From Camelus dromedarius (lineage: Eukaryota), in the NCBI RefSeq assembly GCF_036321535.1, contig NC_087436.1, positions 66,526,001 to 66,590,000 on the forward strand: a stretch of DNA of 64,000 nucleotides. The letters run 5' to 3'. Positions within the stretch are counted from its first letter, which is position 1. The number at the start of each line of letters is the position of its first letter. A program made the translations under genes and the position numbers. A model generated the notes under the pieces. It saw nothing but the letters and a program-made list of their open reading frames with translations. It was not told the origin of the DNA and did not search any database. Positions 52,120 through 64,000 of the stretch are shown one piece after another.

Positions 52120-52680
52120 TTCCTCATACAATGGAGAAACCTGAGATATTGCCTTAACCAAGTGATCAGGATTAACATGACCAGTAAAATATGGCATGTA
52201 GATGTCACACACCCCTTGATAGGATAAACTGAGAAGGGCACATGCCTCTTCTGTACTCTTGCAAAAATACATTACCTAATCTAACCATGAAAAACCCACA
52301 AACAAACCCAAATTGAGAGGCATTCTGCAAAATAACTGACCTCCAAAATGTCAAGGTCATGAAAAACAAGGAAAGACTAGGATCTATCAGATTGGAGAAA
52401 ACTAAGGAGACGTAACAACTACATGTGATGTGGGATCATGGATTGGATTCTGGGACAGAAAAAACTATGAATGTTAGTGGGAAAACTGGTAACATATGAA
52501 GAAAGTCAGTACTTTAGTTAATAATATTATACCAATGTTAATTTCTCAGTTACGTACTATGATTATGTAAGATGATTACAGTTGTTGAAAGCTGGTTAAG
52601 GGTATACGGGAACTCTCTGTGCTATTTTTGCAACTTTTCTGCAAGTCTAAAATTATATCAAAATAAAAAGGTAAAAGAAG
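52120..52680 (+). mobile_element. L1MC-type LINE1 3' UTR
   Basis: 'aaacccaaattgagaggcattctgcaaaataactgacc', 'aatgtcaaggtcatgaaa', 'gaactctctgtgctatttttgcaacttttctgcaagtctaaaatt...aaaataaaaag'. Confidence 0.85.
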
Positions 52681-53941
52681 TTTCTTTAGTATTTGTTAAA
52701 TAGATAAGTTGTTGAGGCATGGTGTCTTGGACTGAAAATCACTATTTCCTGTTCTATATTTCCAAATAGTATTTATTGAATACCTGGTCCACAATTTGTA
52801 CTATGTTAGAAACTCAGAAATCTCTTAATAACAGATGAATAATAACCCCTAAGCCTGTAATTTAATGTGCTATTACCAAAATAATTTTAATTAACTGTAA
52901 TATAGTGCTAATATTATTCATCTATAATCCATTTGCTATGTTTTAATTTCCCAGTGAATTTTTATATGTCAGGGTGTTACATCTGTAGTATTATTTTAGT
53001 AATCTTTGTTACTATCAAATTAGTAAATGTTGCATAATGTTAGGTGGCAACAAAGGAGCCATAATACCGTGAAAAGATTCAATTTCTCATAGAATGAGCT
53101 ATATTGGGTAGCTTTTGAAGATCAAAGGATAAATTTCCTCCTGACTGTCAATCATGAAAGTTCTCAACAAACAATTCAGTATAATCAAACCATTGGGTGG
53201 GAAACAAAAGACAGAGTTACAGTCTTCAAAGACATTACTTTTTAAAGCAATAATCCAAAATATACTACAGAGACACAGAGTTTTTAAAAATTATCCTCAA
53301 GAGGGAGCAAAAACAATGTCTTATGATATGTAGTAAATCCAAACTTCAGGTTAAAAATGCACTTGTAAAATGTCTGTAAATATTATAAAGTTCAGATTTA
53401 TTACTGATTCCCTCTTATTGTAGACTAGTTGAGTATTTTGCGATTTTGTGACTATAACATATATAACCCAGCCTGTGGAAGCTAAAGGTCACTTTCTGTG
53501 TTGTTTCATTTTCACATACTTGCTGACAAATAAAATATTGTGCAAGGATTTAAACATTCCATTAGATGTGATAGAAAAAAGGTTAACATAAGCATTTTAG
53601 AGGTGAAAAAAAGTTGAAATTACCAAGATCTTCTTCCTATATATCATAAATTGTAAAGGCCAATGCATATTTTAGCTCACTTCCACTTCTGCTTCTCTTA
53701 AGGTTTTAAACTTATTTTTAAAATGATCCCACTCACAATCTGATATTTGCCTACAAGCTGAAATTTACTCAAATTATGGTCCATTCTCTTTATGGGGGAC
53801 AGGAATTGGGAGACAGTGCTTTCAATGGACACTCCTTGTCTCAGTCGGTGGCTCCCTCATAAAAGGACCCAATGTCTCCAGAAGCAACCTCTTAAAGTCA
53901 AAGACTGTTCTAAGCTTCTATGAAGGTCAAACCTCCTTTTT

Positions 53942-54150
53942 TTTTTTTTTTAACATTTTTTATTGATTTATAATCAGTTTACAATGTTGTGTCAAATTCC
54001 AGTGTAGAGCACAATTTTTCAGTTATACATGAACATATATATATTCATTGTCACATTTTTTTCTCTGTGAGCTACCATAAGATCTTGTGCATATTTCCCT
54101 GTGCTTTACAGTATAATCTTGTTTATCTGTTCTACAATTTTAAGATCCCG
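53942..54150 (-). mobile_element. Young, severely 5'-truncated LINE1 with poly(A) and 20-bp TSD
   Basis: TSD GAAGGTCAAACCTCCTTTTT at 53922-53941 and 54151-54170; T15 run at 53937-53951; body 'aacattttttattgatttataatcagtttacaatgttgtgtcaaattccagtgtagagcac' resembles the camelid L1 3' end. Confidence 0.9.
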
Positions 54151-54219
54151 GAAGGTCAAACCTCCTTTTTGTATAACTGTTTGAGTACCACAATTTTTGT
54201 CATGCTACAAGTTTCCCTA

Positions 54220-54783
54220 TTTCTTTATCTAAATTTCATTTTATTGTGATAAGAGCACTTAATATGTGATCTACAATCTTAAAAAAAGTTTAAATGTACA
54301 ATACATTATTGACCATAGGTACAATGTTATACAGCTGATCTTTAGAGACTATTCATCTTGCTTAACTAAAACTTTATGCCTGCTGATTAGAAACTTGACA
54401 TTTCCCTCTCCTGCCAGCCCCTGGAAATTACCATTCTGCTCTTTGATTCTATGGATTGACTATTTTAGATACCTCATATAAGTAGAATCATTGTGTCTTT
54501 CTGTGACTGGCTTATTTCACTTAACATAATATCCTCAAAGTTTATCCACACTGTCACATTTNNNNNNNNNNNNNNNNNNNNNNNNNNNNNNNNNNNNNNN
54601 NNNNNNNNNNNNNNNNNNNNNNNNNNNNNNNNNNNNNNNNNNNNNNNNNNNNNNNNNNNNNNNNNNNNNNNNNNNNNNNNNNNNNNNNNNAGCACGGGAG
54701 TGCTAATATCTCTTTGAGATCTTGATTTCAATTCTTTTAGATAGATATCCAAAAGTGAGAATTCGAGATTATACAATAGTTCT
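54220..54783 (-). mobile_element. L1MA-type LINE1 3' end, containing an assembly gap
   Basis: 'gtgataagagcacttaatatgtgatctac', 'cccctggaaattaccattctgctct', 'tgtgactggcttatttcacttaacataat', 'atctctttgagatcttgatttcaattcttt'. Confidence 0.85.
54562..54690. other. Assembly gap (129 N)
   Basis: N run read directly. Confidence 1.
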
Positions 54784-55714
54784 GCTAGATGCTACAGTAA
54801 GTTTTTTTTTAAATAGTGCAAAATAATAGCTTTAATTAATATGTTACTACCTTATAAAACATGATAATCATCTAATATGGGTAATTTATGTAAATCCCAT
54901 TCTGTTGTATGTATGACCTTCCTGGAATAATGAAAGACTGGAGAAAATATTGGAGCTATAAAGATGTTTTAGTTTTGTTTCTTTGAATTTTATTTGGTTG
55001 TTGTGTATTTTAACTATATAAGGAGTCATCATAAATATACATTTTATATTATAGACTAATTAAAAAGGAACTTCAAAATCTTGCTGTACTAAAGTGGATT
55101 TGAATAAGTAATTAAATAGCATAATTAAATACATCAACAAAATAATTTAGATAAAGCCAAAATTTAGTTGTTACCTGACCTTTACTTCTTCAAATAATTT
55201 CTTAGAATGATATTTAATATATAGTTGTCCATAATGTATAAAACATAAAAATTCCTGTGTACTCTTAAATTCACACATACACAAATCCTCTTTTAACAAT
55301 ATTGAAAAGTGTAATTGACAAAGGGCAACATCTCTTAATCACAAAATAGGAAAGACACCTATATTTAACTGGGAAGAAAAACTCTCAGATATTGAAGAAT
55401 GCAGGACATCTGCAGGGTTTTATTCCATTCAACAGCACAATTTCTCTAAGACCCCAACTCTCTTGGAACATAGTAACACATTCTTTGCAGTATGAAAGCT
55501 CCTGACTCTCTGTGTTTCCTCCACATTCCTTACTCTCTGTAACATCTGATAGGGGCACACAGTTGGAAATACACCAAACCAAAAATTACCTAATCTAAAA
55601 CTTTTCTGATTATATTATATGAAAGCAAAGAAGTGTACACCATTATCTGGGGTAAGATTTGTGGTAAACATGAAATGCTTAAAGAAACAGAACCTGCTAA
55701 TTCTCAAAGTATAG

Positions 55715-55749
55715 AAAACAAAACAAAACAAAACAAAACAAAACAAAAC
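55715..55749. repeat. (AAAAC)7 pentanucleotide repeat
   Basis: Read directly. Confidence 0.95.
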
Positions 55750-57807
55750 ATGGACCTGATCCGCCAAAGGTCCATCTGACAGAGGTTGTCCTCAGTTACC
55801 CTTTTCCTTTCTTTTCAAGGTACATATCTGGAAATAAGTGCTTTAATATTTACTTGATGTGATGAAAGACACCAAAAGTTGAGAACATTGTAACTATGTT
55901 TATTTTACTAGAATGCTGATGTTTATTCATATCTAGTTTTTATTTTCCATCTTCAAATAAGTTTAAAAAAACTGTGACTGAGAATTCTTTAGGAACTACA
56001 AATATGAAAAAAAAGAAGAGAAAACTTAAATGTATTGCTATTTTCTAAATAAAGCTACTTTTATTTATGGCAAACATCTTGGCAAATAGCAAGAGAAGAC
56101 ATATTTATACAGTTAATGTATTTTACTTCCCTAAATTAAATGACTTAAGATTGTTAGAGTACTAAATATTGTATTTCCACTAGCACACAAAAGATTTTAG
56201 GTGTTAAAAAGGTAACACTCACAAACACAGACACACACCACCCCACCCCATACCCACCCCTACACTCACTCTGACTGTGACTTCAAAGTTGGAAATGTTT
56301 ACATTTTTATATCTTCCAATGATTTGTTCTGTCTTCCTAGCTGAATGAGATAGAAATTCATGCAGAATACTCAATGCAAATATTTCTCTCTCTCTTTCTG
56401 TTTTTCCTCTGGTGCTGTGTGCCATGGAAGTTAACCTTCCATATCTGACATTTTACATATAAAAAGCATACCAACCTTTACAAAGTCTAAGAGGAAAATA
56501 TTGTCCAAGTCCTTAACTAGGTCATGGAACCTAGTCAGTGAGCTACTGCAGGCTTTGACAGCTGTTCCTGGATATAGCTCTGCTGTGTGCATAGGGGCTG
56601 CACCTCTCTCCAGATGCCAAGCAACAGAGCAGCAGGGTGCTGATGACAGTTAGAGCTGTGACAGTCAGCCAGCTTGGTACCTTTCCCCAACTGGATGGCT
56701 ACTGTCTTCAAAAGTTAGCTTTGGATACTGCTTTCTCTTATGTTTACAAGAAAACTACAGCCAAATGCCTCGCCTGCCCATCTGTGCCATATTAGACATC
56801 TGGACAAATTGGCCCTTGTATGCACATCAACGTGACGGCTCACAGGTTTGTTTTGTCAATGTTCACAAACCACTGGTCAAGATACGGTTCTCAAAGAAAA
56901 GTCTCTTTACCTGTATTTCTTAGAAGCCCTCTGTCTTTGGATATGACTCATAAATTGGATACATTACAAAAGTTTAAGCAGCAGGTTTATATCATGGAGT
57001 TTTGGGAAAGGCTGTTCATCCTAAAAATCCCCTGGTTCCTCAATTTGCCAATATTTAAGTGCCTTTCCTTAGCCACTACATTAATTGTTGTGAGCAGTAT
57101 CTCATTGCATTGATTTTCTATAGCTATTTACAAATTATACAACATAATTTCAGATGGAAATTCTTCAGGATGAGACTTTTGCCCATCAGACATTTTATGC
57201 AATCTAGAAGAAATAAATATTTTATATAACTATTTTTACCTCAGTACTATCTTGCTTTCTGTTTTTTTCAATCCACAACCCCTTTTTTCACCCTTTCTTC
57301 TGCACCAGCCACCACTGCTGTGCAAATTAATTTACTACAATTTCCAGAGTAAGGGTCAAAAATGACATCCCACTTTCCAGTACTCATCTGGCTCAGAAGC
57401 ACTTGGCATGGTTGGCCACACCCTCCTTGTGCAGCCCTTTTTCCCTATTAATGCCTATGACCCTTGAAATAGCTGTTAATTCTCTTACCTTTTCCGGTCT
57501 TAGTCGATTTTCCCAGCTCCTTTCCTCCCCTCACACCTGAGGTTGGCGTTTTCAAAGTTATGGCTCCATCTCCTTTGCTATCTTATTCTGCTTTTGACTT
57601 TCTCTTGCCTTTATCATAGGATTTCACATTGGAGACATACTTTGTCTGCAATCCCTACACACCCTAAACTCAGATATTGATGAACTGCATACTAAACACA
57701 GTATATAGTACCTGCACCACGGCTTCCTCCTTGTTTCAAAATACTTTTGTGTAGCATTTTAGCATGTAATGCATGTTCAGTTAATTTACAGTTCTCTTAC
57801 TCTCTTT

Positions 57808-58314
57808 TGTGTTGGTTTACTGCTGCCACTGAAACATATTACTGCAAATTTAGTCATTTAAAATGATATAACATTATTATCTTACAGTTTTACAGTTCAG
57901 AAGTACACATGTCTCACTGGACTAAAATCAAGGTTTCAGCCTGGCTATATTCTTTTCTGGAAACTCTATTGTTTAATTGATGGCTCAGCGTTTTCAGATT
58001 CTAGAAGCCACATACATTCCTTGGCTTGTGGCCCTCTTTCTCCGTTTTCAAGGAGAGCAACAGCAGGTCAAGTCTCTATGACATCATATCTCTGATCTCT
58101 CCTTCTGACTGTTTCTTTCATTTTTAAGAACCCTGTGGTAACATTGGGCCCACCAAGATAATCCAAGATAATTTCCCTATTTAAGGTCAACGGTTTAACA
58201 ACCTTAATTCTCTCTGCAACCTCTTCCCCCTTTGCCACCTAACCTAACATGTTCACAGGATCTGGGGATTAGGACATAGGCATTTTGGTGGGGAGTATTA
58301 TTCTGCCTACCACA
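57808..58314 (-). mobile_element. MLT1D solo LTR
   Basis: 'tgtgttggtttactgctgcc...ttccttggcttgtggccc...ggggattaggacatagg...ttattctgcctaccaca'. Confidence 0.88.
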
Positions 58315-59239
58315 CTTTATCATCTTTCTGCCTACACTATTACTTTAGCATGAAATTTTCTTGATCTAATACTTTAAAATTTTAGTCTAAAGATATTTGG
58401 AATTTCAACTCTGAATCTCGGAATTGGAGAGATTTTTTTAACAAAAAAAAAATTCATTTTTTGAGATACTTCTGCATCTCTATGTTAGGCTGAGTGTGTG
58501 GCATTGCTGCTGGTGATGAGTATAAAATGAAGGAAGTGCTGTAACGAGGGAACTTGGGCGCTCCTGGTAATGATTGTAAAATGGGCTAGGTAATGTATCA
58601 AGGGAACAAAAGAGGGAAAAATAAAAGTTTTTGACTTCGGTGGGAACTTCCATGATATGTATAGGCTCATTCTTCAGAGTTTTGGTGTGCAACGTAATTA
58701 TCTACTCATAGCTTTATGAAATTAGAAGTTACAATGGCGCTGCATTCATTAGATATATACGTTATGTATGTGTGTGTGAGAGAGGATTTATTTTCAATTT
58801 TTAAAAATGTTCATTGAGAGCTTACTCTGCTTAAAACTTGCTAACAATTTCAAAGGATGCCAAGATGATAACACAGAACCACTGCTCTGCCCTCTGGAGA
58901 GAAGAGAGAGACAACACAGGGGAATTCCAGTGGAGCACATGAGAACAGTTGCTTTACAAAGGTAACACTCTTCTTAGAAGAGTAAAATATATGACAGCAC
59001 TTTCTGCCTTTAATATTCCCATGTCTCCCACAGTAAGAGAAACAGAACTCCTGCAAGAATAGTTTAGACTCTATCATCTGTTTCATCTTGCCATTGGTTC
59101 CTTCCTTATCTTTTAAAATCTCTCATCTCACAATGTATTTTCTCTAACACTTTAAATCCATGGCTTTAGCACACTGTGGTATTTATCATCTCTCATGTCT
59201 TACTTTTTGCCTTTACTGTGATAACTAAAAGAGGTAGAC

Positions 59240-59450
59240 TTGCATAGTGGGGAAGAATTTGGCTGCTGAGATGAGAATTCCTGAGTTTGACTGCTTGATC
59301 CCTGCTACTTAGAAGTGTGATACCTTGAACGGGACACTTTTGCATTCTATACTTCAACTTATCTGAAAAGTGAAGAAAATAGAACATCTAGCTCATAGTG
59401 TTTCTGAAAGAAGTTATAACATAAACAAGCTATATCAGTGTCTAGCAGTT
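59240..59450 (+). mobile_element. MIR SINE
   Basis: 'gcatagtggggaagaatttggc...ctgctacttagaagtgtgataccttg...agaacatctagctcatag...cagtgtctagca'. Confidence 0.6.
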
Positions 59451-59519
59451 AAGGGAGGCTTAAGTGTGGATCTGTATCCACCAACCATTTTGACTGATTG
59501 GAGGAATCACATTCATGTA

Positions 59520-59690
59520 TCAGATTTGGATTATAACTCAGATTGAGTTTTTTTTATATCTAAGTGACTCCAGGCTTATTTCTTAAGTTCTGTGAGCCTC
59601 ATTATCCACATTCAAAACTGGAGGTACTGTTGCCCTCTCTGCTTACTTACCATAAAAGTTACGAGCAGCAAGTTTGAGAATTCCTACAAT
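59520..59690 (+). mobile_element. MIR/MIR3 fragment
   Basis: 'ttctgtgagcctcattatccacattcaaaactggagg' core-like sequence. Confidence 0.45.
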
Positions 59691-59834
59691 TACTCCTTGC
59701 TATTGGACCAATCACCGATTCTCCTTTCATGGATATGTATTTTCTTACTTATATAAGAATAAAAATGACTGCTGTGGAGCCCAGATGTCCTATTTTTCAG
59801 TAGCATTAGTCAGTTTCATCAAATGCAATGTTAA

Positions 59835-60290
59835 GTGTGTAAAACTTTGTTGAATACAAGATGTAAAGACATGGTAGCCTCTGACCTCAGGGAATCTGAA
59901 ATCTGACTGGATTGTGAGACATAGCTATAGTAAAAGAATAAAAATGCAGGGTAAAATAATAAATACAAGTTGAAATGTAGCTTTAAGCATTTCTAGAAAA
60001 AAAGACATTTTGTTCATTGATACTAAACATAATGACTGATGCAATATATTCTTTAGCTTTTAAATTAATAAGTGAACTAAAAAAATAACTGAATGGATTT
60101 TAAAACTATAAATATTGAAGGAACCCAAGGGAGGAGGGTAGAGATCATTTCTCCTTTGATTTTCAGGAAGGCCTTATGTTAGACATTCAATTTGATCTAC
60201 ACTGTATTGATAAGATTTATATTAATTGAAAATGAGCTATCTGTAAGGGGAAAAGTATGAACCAAAGAAGGCATATAGGAAAAAATTAAT
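59835..60290 (-). mobile_element. LINE2 3' fragment
   Basis: 'aagacatggtagcctctgacctcagggaatctgaaatct' and 'caggaaggccttatg'. Confidence 0.55.
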
Positions 60291-60774
60291 TTTATTAAGA
60301 AGTTAAGCAGATGAAATGGAAAGACAGGTTTAAAAAGAGAGAGAGAGAGCAATGGTGTCAGAAGTCTGTGTGCTTAATCTTTGTTCAGCAAATTGGGTCA
60401 ACTTGAGCAAGTAATTTGACCTCTGAGCTCAGTATACGAAGCTGGCAAGTAGCAGTTGATCATCCCTAATTTGTACAACTAATGTGAAAGTGAGTAAAAT
60501 ACTGTGGAAAAGACTGTGACCTGTGATACTCAAAACAATTTCAATAGCAAAAACTAAGTTTCCCTTAGAATTAAATATGTAGAATATACCATAAAAATGA
60601 AAAGACAGATTTGGACCAGATTTAATCAGTTTAGATATGAGTTATTTTTTATTAGGAAGTTAGTTTTTAAATGAAAATATGACTAAACTAATTTTGTTGT
60701 TATTGTTTTTAAGAATAATTAATCTAACTAGAGATTCTGGAAGGATTGAGTGAAATAAAATATTCGAATAAATA

Positions 60775-61165
60775 GACCAATTAAATAGCCCTTGCAATAA
60801 TCCTGGTGTTAGGTGATAAATAGCTGTGGTGTCATTAGGCACAATGAATTTACAAAATATAGAAAGGATAAAGTATGTAATACTTTAATACTGCTTTGTA
60901 TAAAAGAACTGAGAAAACTGAATATTATTATACAATGATAATTTGGTACACGAGTGACTGAGAAAGTAAACAAAATGGAGGTATTTTGAGATCTGAGGAA
61001 GTCAAGTGAGACAGTTTAGTTGTTTAGGGAAATTTAAGTTGAGATGACAGAAAACTTCAAAGGAAATAATAAGCAAGAGGAGGTCAGGCTTAAGAGAATG
61101 ATATCTCGATAAAATATTGAGAGTGTTAGTCAAGACATAATTTTAAGATGAAGTTCACGGAGAAA
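60775..61165 (-). mobile_element. LINE2 fragment
   Basis: 'agaccaattaaatagcccttgcaataatcctggtg' and 'gaaatttaagttgagatgac'; probably continuous with 59835-60290. Confidence 0.5.
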
Positions 61166-62299
61166 GAGCTGTACTCATCTGTTTGTGTTTTCCTTATTGT
61201 CACCCGTGTTATAGTTCTCCTTATGAAATTACTCTTTTCTCTCTGATCGTGGTAGCGTCAAGTTTATTTTCTGTATTTCCCAGGATGCCCTTTACATTTT
61301 GTAACAGATCCTATGAACAAAACTGATAAGTCTTAATTACAGGAATTCAGAGATTTTTAGAGTAGTTCTGTTTTATCACTACCAGGAGAAATAGCAACAA
61401 AGGATCAAAGACATCCAGGGTACAATTGAATGAATCAAATCAATTCAATACATCACAGAGTAAAGTCAACAGCCCAAGGCTCTTTGACAGTTAACACCAG
61501 AAGCTCTAAAATTGCAATTCACATCATGATCAAACAAAGCATATTGTATAATCAATCAAGTATTCCAATATGATTATCAAAATACACATCATATGGTAAG
61601 CAGGTACAAGGTTTATCCAAATTAAATTTGACAATCTCAGGTGATTGTCTTTTTCTTTCTTTTTTTAAAAATTTACTCCCGTAAGTTTTTTTCAGGTTGA
61701 AAGTATAAATTTCAAATGTTGAAAACATTTTTTTGTTGTTGTTAAAAACAAAAAGAAACAATGACACCAAAAATGTCAAACCTTTATTAAATTTCAAATG
61801 TTTATAAAATTGAAAACACCAGATCTTTCTGGATTTATGCTTATTGCTGCTGTTCACAGAGCCACCTACAAAGTCAACTTCTGAAATGTTCCCGATTGAA
61901 ATCTTGACATTATTATGAGGGCTTAAATTGCAATTTTTACAGAGAATCACTGCTCTACATTCTTAGAGTGCCTTAATAGAACAGACAAGAAATTGAGTCT
62001 TTAGGCAAAAGAGAAAAAATCAGGTGCCTTTTTTTCCCTTTATAATTGAAACTTCAATAATGATTATGATAATTACAAAATGATAGTGATTTAAATACTC
62101 ATTTGAGCTAGAACTTACAAGAATAACACATAGCAAAAACATCTTATAGTGTTATTTTTAAATTATGCAAATCAAGGGTCATAAAACTTCTTAAAGTAAT
62201 TTTATTTAATTTAATAAACTATTTAGTGCATTCCATAATAATAAGGTAGTTTACATTCACCACATCAGATGTTGAAAAGAATTTGAACATTTTACTACT

Positions 62300-62720
62300 T
62301 GTCATAGGTCGGTTCCCCAGAAATCAAGTCAGACGAAGATTAGTGTACACAAAGTTTACTGGGGGCTGCTCTTAGCAGCACAACAGCTAAGGAAGAAGAA
62401 GAGAGAAAGAAGTAGGACTGAGCAAGGGGGGATGCTGGCCTGCAGTGACATTTCAGAAGTTTCAGGTAACCCAGAGGGTCTGAGGCTGGGATGGCCCTTC
62501 AGAGTTTTTCCTCACTGAACTAAGGGGTGGGGCCTTTTTATCCTGAGTCAGTCATTGAGCGTGGACGTTTCTGAGAAGGGGGAATGACTTTAGCAATGTG
62601 ACTCTCCTCTGCCAAGGCGGTGTGAAGGGGGACTGTGCTGGCTGGCAGCACTCATAGCAGCTGGGAATCTGCTCTCATCACGAATTGGGTATCAGGGAGG
62701 CTCATCCCAGCGTCCACTGG
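62300..62720 (-). mobile_element. LTR16-type 3' LTR of an ERV3-16A3-like ERVL provirus
   Basis: 'tgtcataggtcggttccccag', 'gaggctgggatggcccttcagag' and 'cactcatagcagctggg...cccagcgtccact' match reverse LTR16. Confidence 0.85.
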
Positions 62721-64000
62721 AGCCCGGCTCTTTTTCCCCTGGGGTACAGGTTTTTAACGTAGGTCTGGGAGCAACTCCTCTGGGCAGATTCTGGGGGCCT
62801 CTTCCCCTTGAGGAAACTGCTAAGAGAAAGTTAGTGGGATGGACTACAGCTCTGCTGCTGTCGCTGGTCTTGGGACCGCTGATATTCACTGTCTCCTCCT
62901 CTTCTCTACATTCAAGACTCCCCTTACTCTGAGCACTTCTTACGGCTTTCAAGGTTTGCCTGGTGGCAGGAAACAGGTCTTCATCAGTGAGGGGTCTGAG
63001 CTTCCGGTCATTATGATCTTTTTAGCTTGTTGCTGCTGCATTTTTCCATTTAGTGTCAAAATTGTTCAAGAGAGCAACAAAAATAGAACCCATTATGTAA
63101 TGGCAGTGCTCTCTCCTTCTGACGACTAGTGTCAATTACCCAAGCCCAGCTGGTGACTTCTTTTCTTGTCTGCTTATTCCTTGGCCTGAGGAATCTGAAG
63201 CCTGTAGTTAATGGAACTTTCATTGTGGCCTCCTTTGGGAATCAGGACCTCTAAAGCCACAGATTTGCAGGGTCAGCCTTTGATTTTGGCCCTGGATTCT
63301 TGGATGCAGCTATTCTACCTGTTAGAAGTACTTTTTTTTTTTTCCTGCTTAACACGCATACTGAGTTTCAGAGCCTGGTGCTCCAGCCTCAGGAAGTACT
63401 ACCTGTGAGTAGGTGCTGGCTCTGTGCCTTCAACAGGCTGCTCCATCATTCTATCAGGCCAGCAGCTTCTGACTCAGTCAGTGTGTAAATCTGTCCAGAG
63501 GATGCCGTGATCTTATACCCATTTCCATTCACCCCCTGCTTTGTCAGTTGCTTGACCTAACATGATGTTATATGGGCTCCTGTGCAAGTAGATCGAAAAC
63601 TCTTAACTCCTTGGATTGTGGTGATGATTGAGTTTTTGTGACCAGAGAGTGCAAAACGATAGCTTGAATATGTGTACATTCCTGTCAAAATTTCTTGCTG
63701 CTGCTGTTGGGGAGCAAGGGATCCAATGTAGCAAGGTTGCCATCAGGTAGCTGTTGGTGTCCTCAGAGGATGCTGCTATATCAGGGACTTGGCATTGGTC
63801 TCTACTACCGGCAGGTTGGACACTTGACAACAGCTGTAGTGATATTAGCCTTAACAAGTTAGCCCATGCTGTTTGGCCCATGCATAATCTCCATCCATGC
63901 CATCACGGCTATTCTTTTAAGGCTCAGATGATCAGGATCCACTCCTGCTACCACCTCGGATTCTTGGGCACAGGTATTTTACTTTTAGTAATGGTATAAT
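62721..64000 (-). mobile_element. ERV3-16A3-like ERVL internal remnant: integrase and dUTPase; continues beyond window
   Basis: Minus strand across frameshifts: GMDGDYAWAKQHGL, KANITTAVVKCPTC (CxxC at 63811-63822) and EAAGLIE; dUTPase-like SVALEVLIPKGG and WVIDTSRQKERALPLHNG at 63089-63263. Confidence 0.88.

Noticed and set aside
54474-54776. ORFs across the N run
   Set aside because: Artefacts of translating Ns within an L1 3' end.
61552-61950. Longest ORF (132 aa, minus strand)
   Set aside because: GTG start, AT-rich K/N/F-biased composition, no recognisable domain or convincing splice signals; consistent with chance.
63603-63999. ORFs at the right end
   Set aside because: Off-frame or antisense reads of a frameshifted ERVL integrase.
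11522-64000. Possible antisense bias of LTRs supporting a plus-strand host gene
   Set aside because: Orientations are mixed: several LTRs and one provirus are on plus, others on minus. No usable signal.

Overview
AT-rich (roughly one-third GC by eye), CpG-depleted mammalian DNA, most likely camelid: it carries a tRNA-Ala-derived SINE of the camelid vic-1 type (23154-23297) and a young L1 3' end of a type I associate with camel/alpaca (53942-54150). I find no intact protein-coding gene, RNA gene or CRISPR array. The ORF-track entries are chance ORFs, or decayed ERVL/L1 frames and their antisense frames. The window looks like a large intron or intergenic stretch with many fossil repeats: MIR, L2, L3/CR1, L1M, hAT MITEs, MLT1 LTRs, two ERV1-like solo LTRs and three separate class III (ERVL) proviral remnants. 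The best non-repeat signal is a very strong 69-nt plus-strand exon (49790-49858). Two weaker plus-strand exon candidates lie upstream (19500-19663, 29695-29897). Together they suggest 5' exons of an unidentified host gene or a lncRNA. Other points of interest are an inversion with duplication inside an ERVL RNase H, a near-identical 135-bp tandem duplication, a dUTPase fossil and several CpG-retaining candidate regulatory blocks. Repeat family names come from my recollection of consensus sequences, and most repeat boundaries are approximate; both need RepeatMasker/Dfam confirmation. I cannot support a claim of a new biological system here.
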